Assembly: GCA_033854175.1 (NCBI GenBank)
Contig: JAWOKN010000056.1
Span: 3,736-67,735, forward strand
DNA: 64,000 nt
From: Bacteroidota bacterium
GTDB lineage: Bacteria; Bacteroidota; Ignavibacteria; UBA10030; SZUA-254
Reading direction: 5' to 3'
A program made the position numbers and the translations under genes. Shown piece after piece: positions 1 through 9,135 of the stretch. Position 1 is the first letter of the stretch. The number at the start of each line of letters is the position of its first letter. Below the pieces are notes generated by a model. The model had not been told where the DNA came from, ran no database searches, and saw only the letters and a program-made list of their open reading frames with translations.

Positions 1-9
1 ACTAAGACC

Positions 10-255
10 ATGTTTCCTGCGGAATTGTTTGATTTGATCCCCTATAATGGCAACGCAACCCTGGTTCTGTGGAGATTTCACAGATCCATCGAAGGAGCGT
101 ACATGCACTCCATTACAGATTCAAAAATATATGGGGAGGATCCGGGCGCACGACTTGATCGAATCGACCTTCATAGTGAAGTTCCTGCAGTCAAGTCCTG
201 GAACCTTCAAGCAAAGAAAGCGGTGAGCCGTCAGTCCAAATTCGTGAGCGAGTAA
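10..255 (+). CDS. Hypothetical ORF. The frame is open to the window edge, so this may be the C-terminal part of an upstream gene.
   Basis: Six-frame ORF with no stop between position 1 and the ATG at 10. No recognisable motifs. Confidence 0.15.
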   Translation: MFPAELFDLIPYNGNATLVLWRFHRSIEGAYMHSITDSKIYGEDPGARLDRIDLHSEVPAVKSWNLQAKKAVSRQSKFVSE

Positions 256-434
256 ATGGTGTGAGAGAGGATCAAAGAAAAAGATTTCATGGACAAATAG
301 AAGCCTGGACAGGAATTTATAGCAGACATTGTAGAAGTTTTTCGCATACTGGATGTTATCCAAACATTGACAGATCATTGGCTTTTGAGAAACGGATCGA
401 TTATCTTGAATATGAAATCGGAAAGGTACCTGCT

Positions 435-1430
435 TTGACAAAGTATATTATCAGCATTCTTGTGGCTCTCTCCTCGATGAGCACTGACGAACGGGCCTAT
501 GCGAGCTGCGGAGCTGCGAGCTGCCCACTCAATTCATTCTCGCCGCTTCGTGGTGGCTGGCTGCAATTCGGTCTGGCGTATGAGTACATCAATCAGGATC
601 GCATATTTCTTGGATCGTCGGAATCGTACCCTGGAGCAATTCCGGAGGTTCATGACGAGCTCCGCACAATCAATCGGCGGACTCTTTTTCACGCACAGTA
701 CGGACTCTTCGATGGACTCGGCTTAGAAGTGCATGTCCCATTCATCAATCGTGAGCATAGCCACATTGCTCACGATGCAGAAGGCGACAAGGTGGAGTCA
801 TGGGCGTTTAGCGCAGTTGGCGATGTAATCATAAACGGGCAATATGCGCTACTCGTCCCACCAGAGGAGTTCGAGCCGTATCTCAGCGTGGTTGCCGGGA
901 TAAAGCTTCCGACCGGTGCGACTCATGAAGTGAATTCAGGTGGCGAAGAGGCAGAAGTTACAATTCAGCCCGGAACTGGGTCGACAGACGCATTCTTCGG
1001 ACTCAATTACCAACAAACTCTTGCGTCTCTTCCGATGCTCTCTGGTAAATACAGTGCACTGCCGATTATCGCGAATATAACCTTCCAGTTACCGGGACAT
1101 GGAACGCATGATTATCGATTCGGAAATTCTCTCCTTGCACATGTTGGAACCGCATACCGGTTCAGTAATTTTACCAGCATTCTCTTGCAGGTTAACGGAA
1201 AAGTTCAGGATTATGCTGATGTCGGGACGACCGGGGAACCGCGCGAGAACACCGGCGGAACATGGATTTTCCTTAGCCCGGGTCTCGGCCTCCACATATC
1301 CGATGCCTTTGTCGGCAACGCATACCTGCAAATTCCTTTATACCAGAACGTACACGGCATACAGCAAACAGCGGCATACAATTTGGCGTTCAACCTGACG
1401 TATTCGCTCAGTCTCGTTGGGGCCGATTGA
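435..1430 (+). CDS. Outer-membrane beta-barrel protein, transporter/'MetA-pathway of phenol degradation'-like family
   Basis: A hydrophobic signal-like N-terminus follows an in-frame TTG at 435 (…KYIISILVALSS…). The rest shows the alternating amphipathic pattern of beta strands with Gly/aromatic-rich turns and ends in an aromatic-containing C-terminus. Start is uncertain (ATG at 261 or 477 possible). Confidence 0.45.
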   Translation: MTKYIISILVALSSMSTDERAYASCGAASCPLNSFSPLRGGWLQFGLAYEYINQDRIFLGSSESYPGAIPEVHDELRTINRRTLFHAQYGLFDGLGLEVHVPFINREHSHIAHDAEGDKVESWAFSAVGDVIINGQYALLVPPEEFEPYLSVVAGIKLPTGATHEVNSGGEEAEVTIQPGTGSTDAFFGLNYQQTLASLPMLSGKYSALPIIANITFQLPGHGTHDYRFGNSLLAHVGTAYRFSNFTSILLQVNGKVQDYADVGTTGEPRENTGGTWIFLSPGLGLHISDAFVGNAYLQIPLYQNVHGIQQTAAYNLAFNLTYSLSLVGAD

Positions 1431-1669
1431 GAAATTCGCCGTTGGGAAATTAAATCCGGAATGGTTTCCGGACGCATGAATCTGCCAATAAAGGGACACG
1501 GCCATCATTGTGAGAGGTTTTTGTTCCATATGGCTGCCCGCATGTTCAAAAGGTGTGACGGACAAATGCTGGAGAGAGGGTAAAGGTGCACCGAGGGGTT
1601 ATTTACCCGGCGCCTATTTGATTACGTCGACTTTCTCGTGGCAGTCAGGCGTTCGTCACCGTCGGTTTG

Positions 1670-1948
1670 TCATCCCTCAATAATGTTCTGCACGGGAAAT
1701 ACTTTGGGTTCGACCGGAGTCACTCCTGCCTTATGAAGAACAGGTATCAAGGTCTTGCCAAATTCCTCAAGCAAGGCTTTCGATTCCCATATATCCGTCA
1801 CAACGATACTCCCGTCTTCCTGAAGGGAAGCGACATGGTACAAACGCCCTTTTGGCATTCCCTGGCCTGCGGCTTCCAATCCACGTATGGCTTTGTTGTA
1901 TTTTTCGGTATTCATGGTCGGCAGGTTAAACACGGTGATAACTGACAT
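1670..1948 (-). CDS. Small dimeric alpha+beta-barrel protein (ABM/Dabb-like)
   Basis: 92 aa. The pattern matches the antibiotic-biosynthesis-monooxygenase / stress-responsive A/B-barrel fold (…VVTDIWESKALLEEF…PVL…). Confidence 0.45.
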   Translation of the reverse strand: MSVITVFNLPTMNTEKYNKAIRGLEAAGQGMPKGRLYHVASLQEDGSIVVTDIWESKALLEEFGKTLIPVLHKAGVTPVEPKVFPVQNIIEG

Positions 1949-2351
1949 GGGTCTTTCCTTTCCTCATAGACCGCATAGAAGGCGATGCGGCACGCCGAAG
2001 CAAATGGAGTGAACCTGATTTACTGATCAGGAGTTAACTAAAAGAACGCCATGCGAACAGTCCCTATGCACGCATGTGTGCCCTTGATTGATCAAATGTA
2101 ACAATCCTTCAGAGAAAAAGCAACAGACAGGCAGTGTTGATACTGCCGGCTCGTTTTCGTCGTTTCCAGCCATTACACCTGGAAGTGGAGTTTGCCCACA
2201 AAAGAAGACAGGAAGTTAAGCCAGTGACGTTAGGAGATTTTCATATGCACTGGTGGTCTCAAACCGAGTGATGAGTGGCCGCTCGCACGTTTATAAAATA
2301 TTTTCAGATACCGACAAGATTTCGCCGGTGCACTTCCAATATCTGAAACCT

Positions 2352-2540
2352 CTACGGGAGAACATGTCGTTTCTTAAGCGTTGCAAAGAAGGATTCAGAC
2401 ATTGCGTTATCGAGGCAGTTTCCCGTGCTGCTCATATTCTGTACGATGCCATTAGTGGTCAGGATTTCTTTGACCCGAGCATCAACATATTGTTTCCCGC
2501 GATCACGGTGAAAAACAATCCTGAAGCGGTCTCTCGTCAG
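2352..2540 (-). pseudogene. IS3-family transposase fragment (C-terminal part of the integrase core; truncated and degenerate)
   Basis: The translation 'HRDRGKQYVD…GIVQNMSSTGNCLDNAMSESFFATLKKRHV' matches the IS3 OrfB hallmarks DRGSQY…GNCYDNAxxESFFxxLK. The ORF stops right after this. The upstream 100 aa of the same ORF (to 2855) are not transposase-like. Confidence 0.55.
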
Positions 2541-3344
2541 TGCAATGCCATCTGCAGTGCTTCGACGACTGCCTCGGCATGCATGTGAATTGGAAGGAAT
2601 GTGCGAACTTGCGACCGATAGGGACAGGTCCCCCCGCCAAGCTGCCGGTTTCCCGGCAGAATAATCTTTGGACAGGCTCCGACCATCATTCTGAATCCAG
2701 ATGGTGGCGGCCTGCGCCTCCTGCATGAAACGAGCCCTATCCTGTTCCGACGCCGAGAGATGGGCCGGAAGGAACTTCAGTGCGACGAACCATCTGAGCT
2801 TGAACCCTCGCGGCCTTATAGACCACTCCCATGCCCCCTTCGTCCAGCTTCTCAAGAACTTTATACCGTGACAGAGTTCGTCCGATCATGAACATCTCTT
2901 GATGAAATATTGCGATATTCGGCTATTGCGAGAGGCAGGTCGTGAATGAATACCAAATCATCCGCTCTCCGTGATCCTCCCCGGAAACGATTCCCCTAAT
3001 CCACCGAGCGGTGACATAAGTCACCCGGGAATTCCATGATCTTCCGGCAGGACCCTGACGATGTCGGAGTATCCGACCCTTCGGCCCGCCCGAGATGGAT
3101 GACACTGTTGTGCTCCCCCCACAGCCGCGTCATTCTTCCGGCGACCGGAACAAGAAATCAGACAAATGAGTATAGATCGAGTCGTAGCCGTATGATCCAA
3201 CACCCCGGTTTGCCGGCATGAAGAAAACGGGAAGATCTCTGAAGAACGGTGCACGGGGTGCGGCTCTTCACCCAAACAGGTCTCACACTTGAGAGATGTA
3301 GATCCCGATCCCCCCGGAAACCAATCGCACGGGGCAACAGAATA

Positions 3345-3360
3345 TGGTGCGCAATTTGCT
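3345..3360 (+). promoter_or_regulatory. Candidate sigma-54 (-24/-12) promoter for the multiheme cytochrome
   Basis: 'TGGTGCGCAATTTGCT' fits TGGYRYR-N4-TTGCW with GG-N10-GC spacing. It lies about 95 nt upstream of the ATG at 3454. Confidence 0.45.
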
Positions 3361-3453
3361 CGAACATATGCCGACAGAACCGCGTCCAGATCGGTCGCGG
3401 GTGCGGTCGAAATACCTCATAACATTGCGACCGGAGAGAGAAGGAGTGCGAGT

Positions 3454-5205
3454 ATGGACAAGAATACATATTTTCGCGGAGGCGCCTGTTTTTTTCTGTT
3501 ACCCATTGTTTTCATCCTTTCCCCAACCCACCTACGAGCCCAATCAGCGCTGCCATGCTACGCATGCCACAGCGGGGAGAACGACAACTGGCTGCTCGGC
3601 CGGCATGCAAACACCCAGAAGGACGTCGCAGGCGAGATCGCTGCTAACTGGCAGGGGCAGACGCCAGATTCCGTCATCCACGGCTCGGCTGCGGAGAACT
3701 GTGTAGCATGTCATTCCCCGCTTGCCGTCACGACAAACGGCGGGATGACCGAAACGCAGGTGATGGGACATTACTTCACCACGACCGGCGGTTTCTACAC
3801 TGATTCCACGCAGGCCGCGGATACGGCCAACTGGCCGCATGTCGGCTGCAACACCTGTCATGACGTTCCGTCGAACCATACGAGCCATGTGTTACCGACG
3901 CTTGCGATTTTCAATTCAACGACGGCACAATACGACTCGATGCCGACGACGGCCACGCTCTGCGGACAGTGTCACGGAACGCTGAGATTCGCGGAAACCG
4001 ACCATCGGATATTCGATGCGTGGAAACTCAGCCGGCACGGGCACAGGGGCCAATCGGACGTCGCGGGCGAGCTCGCCGGAAGCTGGGCGGGCAAAACACC
4101 CAATGACGTCATCAACGGGCCCGATGCGGAAAACTGCGTCGCCTGCCATGCTCCGACGGCGGTCGGTCAAAAATCCGGGGACACAACGGAGGTCATGGTC
4201 TTAAGCCGGTTCTTCACGACCTCGGGCGGGCAATTTACTGCAGGAACGGCCCCTTCCGACACGGCCCACTGGCCTGATGTCAGCTGCACCGCATGTCACG
4301 ACCCACATCGGCCGGACACACTTTCGTACTACAACACATCGACGAGGACGTACCAGGTCATGGCCTCATCAAACCAGTTATGCGGCCAATGCCACGGCAA
4401 CCTCAGGTTTGCCGGTACTGACCATTTAAGCTACAACGTGGAAGAAGCCATCGGTGGAGTCGGTGTGGCGGCCCAGGCGACCATGCCCGGCGCCGGGTGC
4501 ACGGATTGTCACATGCACAAGGGTGAAACGGACGGAACAAACTCACTCATGTACAAGGGGCACAGCTGGTCCATCTTCATCCACGAACCGGACAGCAGCA
4601 CAACCGCCTCCTGCACATCATGTCATGCGGGAATGAACGCCGATTCCTCCAAAACGGTCATCGCCGGCTGGAAGGCCGAATTTGCCTCGACGGACTCACT
4701 CGCCCAGTTACGGGTTGCCTCAGCAGACTCGGCGCTGCAGGGAATAACCGATTCCGTCAGGCAGGCATATCTTGCGGAAGCAAAGAGCAACCTGAGTCTT
4801 GCGGAATCGGACGAAAGCGGCGGATTCCACAACCACAAATACAGTATGGCGCTCCTGAACGACGCCATTGCGAAATCGGCACTCATCACCGGAGTAACGA
4901 TGCCGCAGGCGAATCTCCCGCTGCGGTTCGCGTTACATCAGAACTACCCGAATCCCTTCAATCCATCGACCATCATCCGGTATGAGATCCCCCTTGAAAG
5001 CAGAGTGGCCCTGAAGGTCTACAATGTTCTGGGACAGACCGTGGCAATACTGCGGGAGAACGTAGAATCAGCGGGGTACAAAATTGTAGAATGGACTGCG
5101 GCAGGCATGCCAAGCGGCATATACTTCTGTCAGCTCCAGGCAACGAGCACCTCGCATCCCGTCAAGGCCTACAGTCAGGTCATGAAGATGCTTCTTATTA
5201 GATAA
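3454..5205 (+). CDS. Secreted nonaheme cytochrome c with a C-terminal T9SS sorting domain
   Basis: An AAGGAG ribosome-binding site precedes the ATG at 3454, followed by a signal peptide (FFLLPIVFILSPTHLRA). There are nine CxxCH motifs (CYACH, CVACH, CNTCH, CGQCH, CVACH, CTACH, CGQCH, CTDCH, CTSCH). An internal ~150-aa tandem duplication is present (DVAGEIAANWQGQTPDSVIHGSAAENCVACH… vs DVAGELAGSWAGKTPNDVINGPDAENCVACH…). The C-terminus 'NYPNPFNPSTIIRYEIP…KVYNVLGQTVA' is a type-A T9SS CTD. Confidence 0.85.
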   Translation: MDKNTYFRGGACFFLLPIVFILSPTHLRAQSALPCYACHSGENDNWLLGRHANTQKDVAGEIAANWQGQTPDSVIHGSAAENCVACHSPLAVTTNGGMTETQVMGHYFTTTGGFYTDSTQAADTANWPHVGCNTCHDVPSNHTSHVLPTLAIFNSTTAQYDSMPTTATLCGQCHGTLRFAETDHRIFDAWKLSRHGHRGQSDVAGELAGSWAGKTPNDVINGPDAENCVACHAPTAVGQKSGDTTEVMVLSRFFTTSGGQFTAGTAPSDTAHWPDVSCTACHDPHRPDTLSYYNTSTRTYQVMASSNQLCGQCHGNLRFAGTDHLSYNVEEAIGGVGVAAQATMPGAGCTDCHMHKGETDGTNSLMYKGHSWSIFIHEPDSSTTASCTSCHAGMNADSSKTVIAGWKAEFASTDSLAQLRVASADSALQGITDSVRQAYLAEAKSNLSLAESDESGGFHNHKYSMALLNDAIAKSALITGVTMPQANLPLRFALHQNYPNPFNPSTIIRYEIPLESRVALKVYNVLGQTVAILRENVESAGYKIVEWTAAGMPSGIYFCQLQATSTSHPVKAYSQVMKMLLIR

Positions 5206-5240
5206 GACGGACACGGGAAAAAAGTCACATTGATATCGAA

Positions 5241-5268
5241 GCAGGCCGGTGCAACAACACCGGCCTGC
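5241..5268. terminator. GC-rich hairpin between convergent genes; possible bidirectional terminator
   Basis: GCAGGCCGGTG-caacaa-CACCGGCCTGC is a perfect 11-bp stem. It sits between the cytochrome stop (5205) and the stop of the minus-strand small gene (5288). The T/A runs are weak. Confidence 0.35.
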
Positions 5269-5287
5269 CTGTCATTCAGGAGACAAT

Positions 5288-5488
5288 TCAGAGCCGGTCA
5301 GGCTTCACCGGGCAGATCGACCGGTAGAAGCAGCCGGTGCATTCAAGCGCCTGGCGGGGAACCACGGTAGTACACCGGGGGCAACGTTCGACGAAAGGAT
5401 TCGTGACCTCGAGATGGCACTGCGGGCAGCGGCGGATTTCCGTGGCAAGTTTCTCCCGGAGGGCCATTTCCGATGCCTTCAGATCCAT
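5288..5488 (-). CDS. Small zinc-ribbon-like Cys-rich protein (CPQC…CPRC…CTGC)
   Basis: 66 aa counted from the internal Met (MDLKASEM…). It contains two CxxC pairs plus further Cys, and begins just downstream of the feoB stop. Function unknown. Confidence 0.35.
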   Translation of the reverse strand: MDLKASEMALREKLATEIRRCPQCHLEVTNPFVERCPRCTTVVPRQALECTGCFYRSICPVKPDRL

Positions 5489-5493
5489 ACCCG

Positions 5494-7386
5494 TTACATC
5501 ACAAAATGAGACACAACGCCGCCGACAAAAAAGGCCACGACCCAGGTACCGATCCAGATCACCATCCCCTCCCTCCAGCCCCTCTCTTTGAGCATCACCA
5601 TCAGTGAAGCGATGCACGGGACAAAGAGGGTAATGACGATAAGCGAAACGGCAATCTGCATCGGGTTGAGGGACATATGGTACAGACCGGCCGCGCCGAA
5701 ATCTCGGCGGACGACGCCCATAATAAATGCGACAGCGGCCTCCGGGGGCAGCTGGAGCCAGTGGACGACCAGGGGGGTAAGTTCGTGCTCGAGAAGATCC
5801 AGCAAACCGGTAAGCTGTGCGATACCGACCGCGAGTGCGCCCACAAAAAACCAGCCCGAGGCCTCCTTCATGAAATAATATGTCCGGACGGCGGTTTTCC
5901 TGAAGACATTTTCCATACGGGGCAATCTCATCGGCGGGAGATCCAGAAGAAGCGGGGCTGACGAGCCCGGCAGGACCCGGTCGAGCATCGTTCCGATAAG
6001 GACCAGAACGGCAAGGATCACCAGGACATAGACAGCGATCGGGCCCGGGCCCGCACCCGCAAGGAGCGCGGCGATGACGGCCATCTGGGCGGAGCAGGGG
6101 ATGACAAACTGAAGAATTGCGGTGGCAATCGTCTTCTCGCGTTCAGAGCCGAGGAGGCGTGTAGTAATCGTTGCGGAGGTCACGCAGCCGAAGCCGAGAA
6201 TCAGCGGAATGACGGCCCTTCCGTTCAGGCCGAGGTAGGTCAGAATGCGGTCCACCATCGTCGCCAGCCGCGGAAGGTACCCGCTATCCTCCATCAGAGA
6301 AAGAACGATATAGAACGAAATCACGAGCGGAAGCAGAAGAAAAAGAAGATACGTTGTGGTCATGGTCACAACGCCGTAAGGACCGACAAGGAGTGTATAC
6401 CACCATGATGAGGGAGAAATCAGGGTGGCGGTGATCGTGCGGATCCACGGTTCCCAGAGATTGTTACCGATCCGCTGCTCGGTAAAATTCACAACCAGCT
6501 GGGAAACAAACTTTCCGATAAAGAGATAGGCGACATACAATGCGGCGACAAGGATAGGGATCCCCGTGGAGGGCTTCAGGGCCCAGCGGCCGAGCCTGTC
6601 GGAAAACCGTCTTTTCGGGGAAGTATCCTGCATGACCTGGTTCACGAGATAATTCACCCGGTTGCGGCGGCTGATATAAATCTCATCGCGGAGCGTGCCG
6701 GGATTGACGCCGTGGCGCCGGGCGACAAACTGGTCCCCCTCGAGGACCAGCAGGGCCTCGGATTGTGAGCCGACCATGGAAAGGGTCTCATGGAGGTGGC
6801 CGTGGAGTTCCTCGCGCTGGGTCCCCTCGCGGGCGCCCAGGATGGCCTGATCGAGTTTTTCCAGCGTGACGCCGTTCACGGCGGTAACGGGAATGACACT
6901 GACGCCCAAAAAATTCGAAAGCTTCGGAATGTCGATACTGATATGAAAATCCCTCACCTCGTCCATAAAATTCAGCAGCACCGTAATCTTCTTCCCCATA
7001 TCGATCAGCTGCTGGGTCAGAAACAGGTCCCGTTCGAGGTGTGTCGCATCGACAACATTCAGAACAATATCCGCGTCGAGGATGATATCGCGGGCGGCTT
7101 TCTCCTCATCATTAAACGACGAGACCCCATAGATGCCGGGTGTATCGAAGACATCATAATCGCGGTAGGAACCGCAGACAAGTTCGACGGTAGTCCCCGG
7201 ATAATTCGAGACATCGACATTCATACCGGAAAGGGTATTAAAAATGATCGATTTCCCGACATTGGGATTGCCGGCAAGGACAATTTCCACGCGTCCGGTC
7301 TGTTTGCGGGGGGATCTCAGGCCGGGATGCTGGTGTCTATCCGAATGTTCCAGCGGGGGGCGGGATAAAGGATCATCTGGTGTCAT
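5494..7386 (-). CDS. feoB: Ferrous iron transport protein B
   Basis: Carries the N-terminal G-protein motifs (GNPNVGKS, DTPG, NFMD) and a long polytopic membrane domain. A GTG at 7290 would give the canonical 'MEIVLAGNPNVGKS' N-terminus, so the ATG at 7386 may be an over-extension. Confidence 0.9.
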   Translation of the reverse strand: MTPDDPLSRPPLEHSDRHQHPGLRSPRKQTGRVEIVLAGNPNVGKSIIFNTLSGMNVDVSNYPGTTVELVCGSYRDYDVFDTPGIYGVSSFNDEEKAARDIILDADIVLNVVDATHLERDLFLTQQLIDMGKKITVLLNFMDEVRDFHISIDIPKLSNFLGVSVIPVTAVNGVTLEKLDQAILGAREGTQREELHGHLHETLSMVGSQSEALLVLEGDQFVARRHGVNPGTLRDEIYISRRNRVNYLVNQVMQDTSPKRRFSDRLGRWALKPSTGIPILVAALYVAYLFIGKFVSQLVVNFTEQRIGNNLWEPWIRTITATLISPSSWWYTLLVGPYGVVTMTTTYLLFLLLPLVISFYIVLSLMEDSGYLPRLATMVDRILTYLGLNGRAVIPLILGFGCVTSATITTRLLGSEREKTIATAILQFVIPCSAQMAVIAALLAGAGPGPIAVYVLVILAVLVLIGTMLDRVLPGSSAPLLLDLPPMRLPRMENVFRKTAVRTYYFMKEASGWFFVGALAVGIAQLTGLLDLLEHELTPLVVHWLQLPPEAAVAFIMGVVRRDFGAAGLYHMSLNPMQIAVSLIVITLFVPCIASLMVMLKERGWREGMVIWIGTWVVAFFVGGVVSHFVM

Positions 7387-7678
7387 GGGGAACTTCGTCG
7401 ATGACCGTCACGAGAATACTCCGTGCAAGTGTGTGGCCGATAGCGATCTGCTGTCGGTTTTTCTGGAGAACGATGGTTCCGCCCGGGAGGCGTTCCAGGC
7501 ATTTGACGCGCTGCCCTTCATGGATCCCCAGCCGGACGAACTGGGGGTAATAATCGCCGCCGGGGACCGAATGAATCTTCAACAATTGACCGACCTTGGT
7601 TTCGCTCATAGAGACGGGTTTCTTGCGGCTCTTCTTGTCAGTCATGATATCATATCGATTAAATTCAAACATACTCAC
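7373..7678 (-). CDS. feoA: FeoA-family small protein
   Basis: SH3-like FeoA pattern (VGQLLKIHSV…GIHEGQRVKCLERLPGGTIVLQ…IAIG). The likely true start is the internal Met at 7609 (MSETKVGQ…). Confidence 0.75.
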   Translation of the reverse strand: MSMFEFNRYDIMTDKKSRKKPVSMSETKVGQLLKIHSVPGGDYYPQFVRLGIHEGQRVKCLERLPGGTIVLQKNRQQIAIGHTLARSILVTVIDEVPHDTR

Positions 7679-7703
7679 CTATTATCGGCAATTATTGTGC
7701 CAC

Positions 7704-7729
7704 AAATCGGATAAATCTATCCAATATTT
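7704..7729. promoter_or_regulatory. Operator-like motif upstream of feoAB, related to the palindrome that follows the Rrf2 gene
   Basis: 'AAATCGGATAAATCTATCCAATATTT' shares the core ATCGGATAAATCTATCCnATATT with 45231..45256. Confidence 0.4.
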
Positions 7730-7810
7730 CAGATAAGGATTCCGCAAATCCGCAGACGGGGGAGGGAATGCCTATCATCTTTGATAAAACGAAAATCACA
7801 CGGAAACCGA

Positions 7811-9085
7811 TCAGAGTAAAGAGAGTGCTTTCTGAAGATCATAAATGATATCCTCGGGATCCTCGAGGCCGATGGAAAGGCGCAGACCGCCCGGATCGAG
7901 TCCCCTTTCGAGCTGTTCGTCGAGCGGGAAAGCCGAATGCGTCATCGAGCTCGGATGTTCGACCAGAGTTCTGATCTGGCCGAGGCTGACTGCAAGGGTA
8001 ATCGTATAGGCATTATGGGCGAGGGCATTAATAAACCTTTCGCCCTGGTCGTGCCGTTCCTTCGGTGTAGAACCGTGGAGGACAAAATAGAGGAGTGTGC
8101 CGGGGGAGAAATTCCCCTTATAGTCGCGCATCTGTTTCCGGGCAAGTTTAAACTGCGGAAACGAGGGTAATCCGGGATACCGGACGAAGGCGACGCGGGG
8201 CTCCTTCCGCAGGAATTCAGCCACCCGGTAGGTGCTCTCGATCTGCTGGCGGATACGGGTTGAAAGACTCGGGAGGCCATAGACCAGTATAGGCCAGGCG
8301 CTCTTAGCTGACAGTGTGCCGCCGAAATCCTTCCGGTAAAGGAGGAGCCGGTCATAGGACCAGCGGGGACCGACAACGACGCCCCCCATATCGGTGCCGA
8401 AACCGCAGATCCCCTTTGTAAGAGAATCGACGACAAAATCGGCACCCAATGTCAGGGGACGCTGGCAGAAGGGGGTGGCGAAGGTATTATCGATGACCAG
8501 ATAGATCTTCCTTTCGGGGGATCTCCGGCGGTTCGCGCGGCGGATAATGCCGGCAATCGCGCCGATATCGATAAGATCCAGAGTCGGGTTCACGGGGGAC
8601 TCAAAATAGACGACGCGGGTGCGGTCGGTGATCTTCCGTTCAAGGTTTGCGGGTTTTCTCAGATCGACATAGGCCGTAGTGATCGTATACCGCGGGTACC
8701 AGTTAAGGAGAAGCGAATAGGTACAGCCGTACAAAACGGGGTGGGCGATAATTTCATCGGCGGTGCCGGTAAGTGTGCCGAGGACGGCCGAGATGGCTGC
8801 CATACCGGTCGCAAAAGTCACGGCCACCTCGCCCTGTTCGGCGTCGGCGAGGTTTTCCTCGAGGATCTCCTTATTCGGTTCGCCGAGGCGGTCATAGATA
8901 TAGATCGGGGCGCACGATGCAATCTTTCTGATTCCGTCGTGGTGGGCGAACTCTGCGAACCCCTGAGCGCCGCGCCGGGCGGTATCGAGGCGGAACGTCG
9001 AGGAGGAGGAAAGGGGCGGGACGACATGGTGGTTATAGTCCCACTTCTTGCTCGAGGCCTTTCCATAAATAAGGCGCGTCTGCAT
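7811..9085 (-). CDS. PLP-dependent Cys/Met-metabolism enzyme (methionine gamma-lyase / O-acetylhomoserine sulfhydrylase / cystathionine synthase-lyase family)
   Basis: Family fold with the PLP-lysine motif 'DSLTKGICGFGTDMGGVV' and a typical N-terminus 'MQTRLIYG…'. The ORF extends to 9139 and overlaps the upstream gene by 4 nt; the start at Met-19 (9085) is more typical. Confidence 0.75.
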   Translation of the reverse strand: MQTRLIYGKASSKKWDYNHHVVPPLSSSSTFRLDTARRGAQGFAEFAHHDGIRKIASCAPIYIYDRLGEPNKEILEENLADAEQGEVAVTFATGMAAISAVLGTLTGTADEIIAHPVLYGCTYSLLLNWYPRYTITTAYVDLRKPANLERKITDRTRVVYFESPVNPTLDLIDIGAIAGIIRRANRRRSPERKIYLVIDNTFATPFCQRPLTLGADFVVDSLTKGICGFGTDMGGVVVGPRWSYDRLLLYRKDFGGTLSAKSAWPILVYGLPSLSTRIRQQIESTYRVAEFLRKEPRVAFVRYPGLPSFPQFKLARKQMRDYKGNFSPGTLLYFVLHGSTPKERHDQGERFINALAHNAYTITLAVSLGQIRTLVEHPSSMTHSAFPLDEQLERGLDPGGLRLSIGLEDPEDIIYDLQKALSLL

Positions 9086-9135
9086 TGAATACGGGCGCGC
9101 CTGATGTTTTTTACCTTTCTTCGGGCGTAAGGATT

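Noticed and set aside
7290-7386. N-terminal 32-aa extension of FeoB overlapping feoA
   Set aside because: It is probably an over-called ATG start, since a GTG at 7290 gives the canonical MEIVLAGNPNVGKS. It is not treated as a novel feature.
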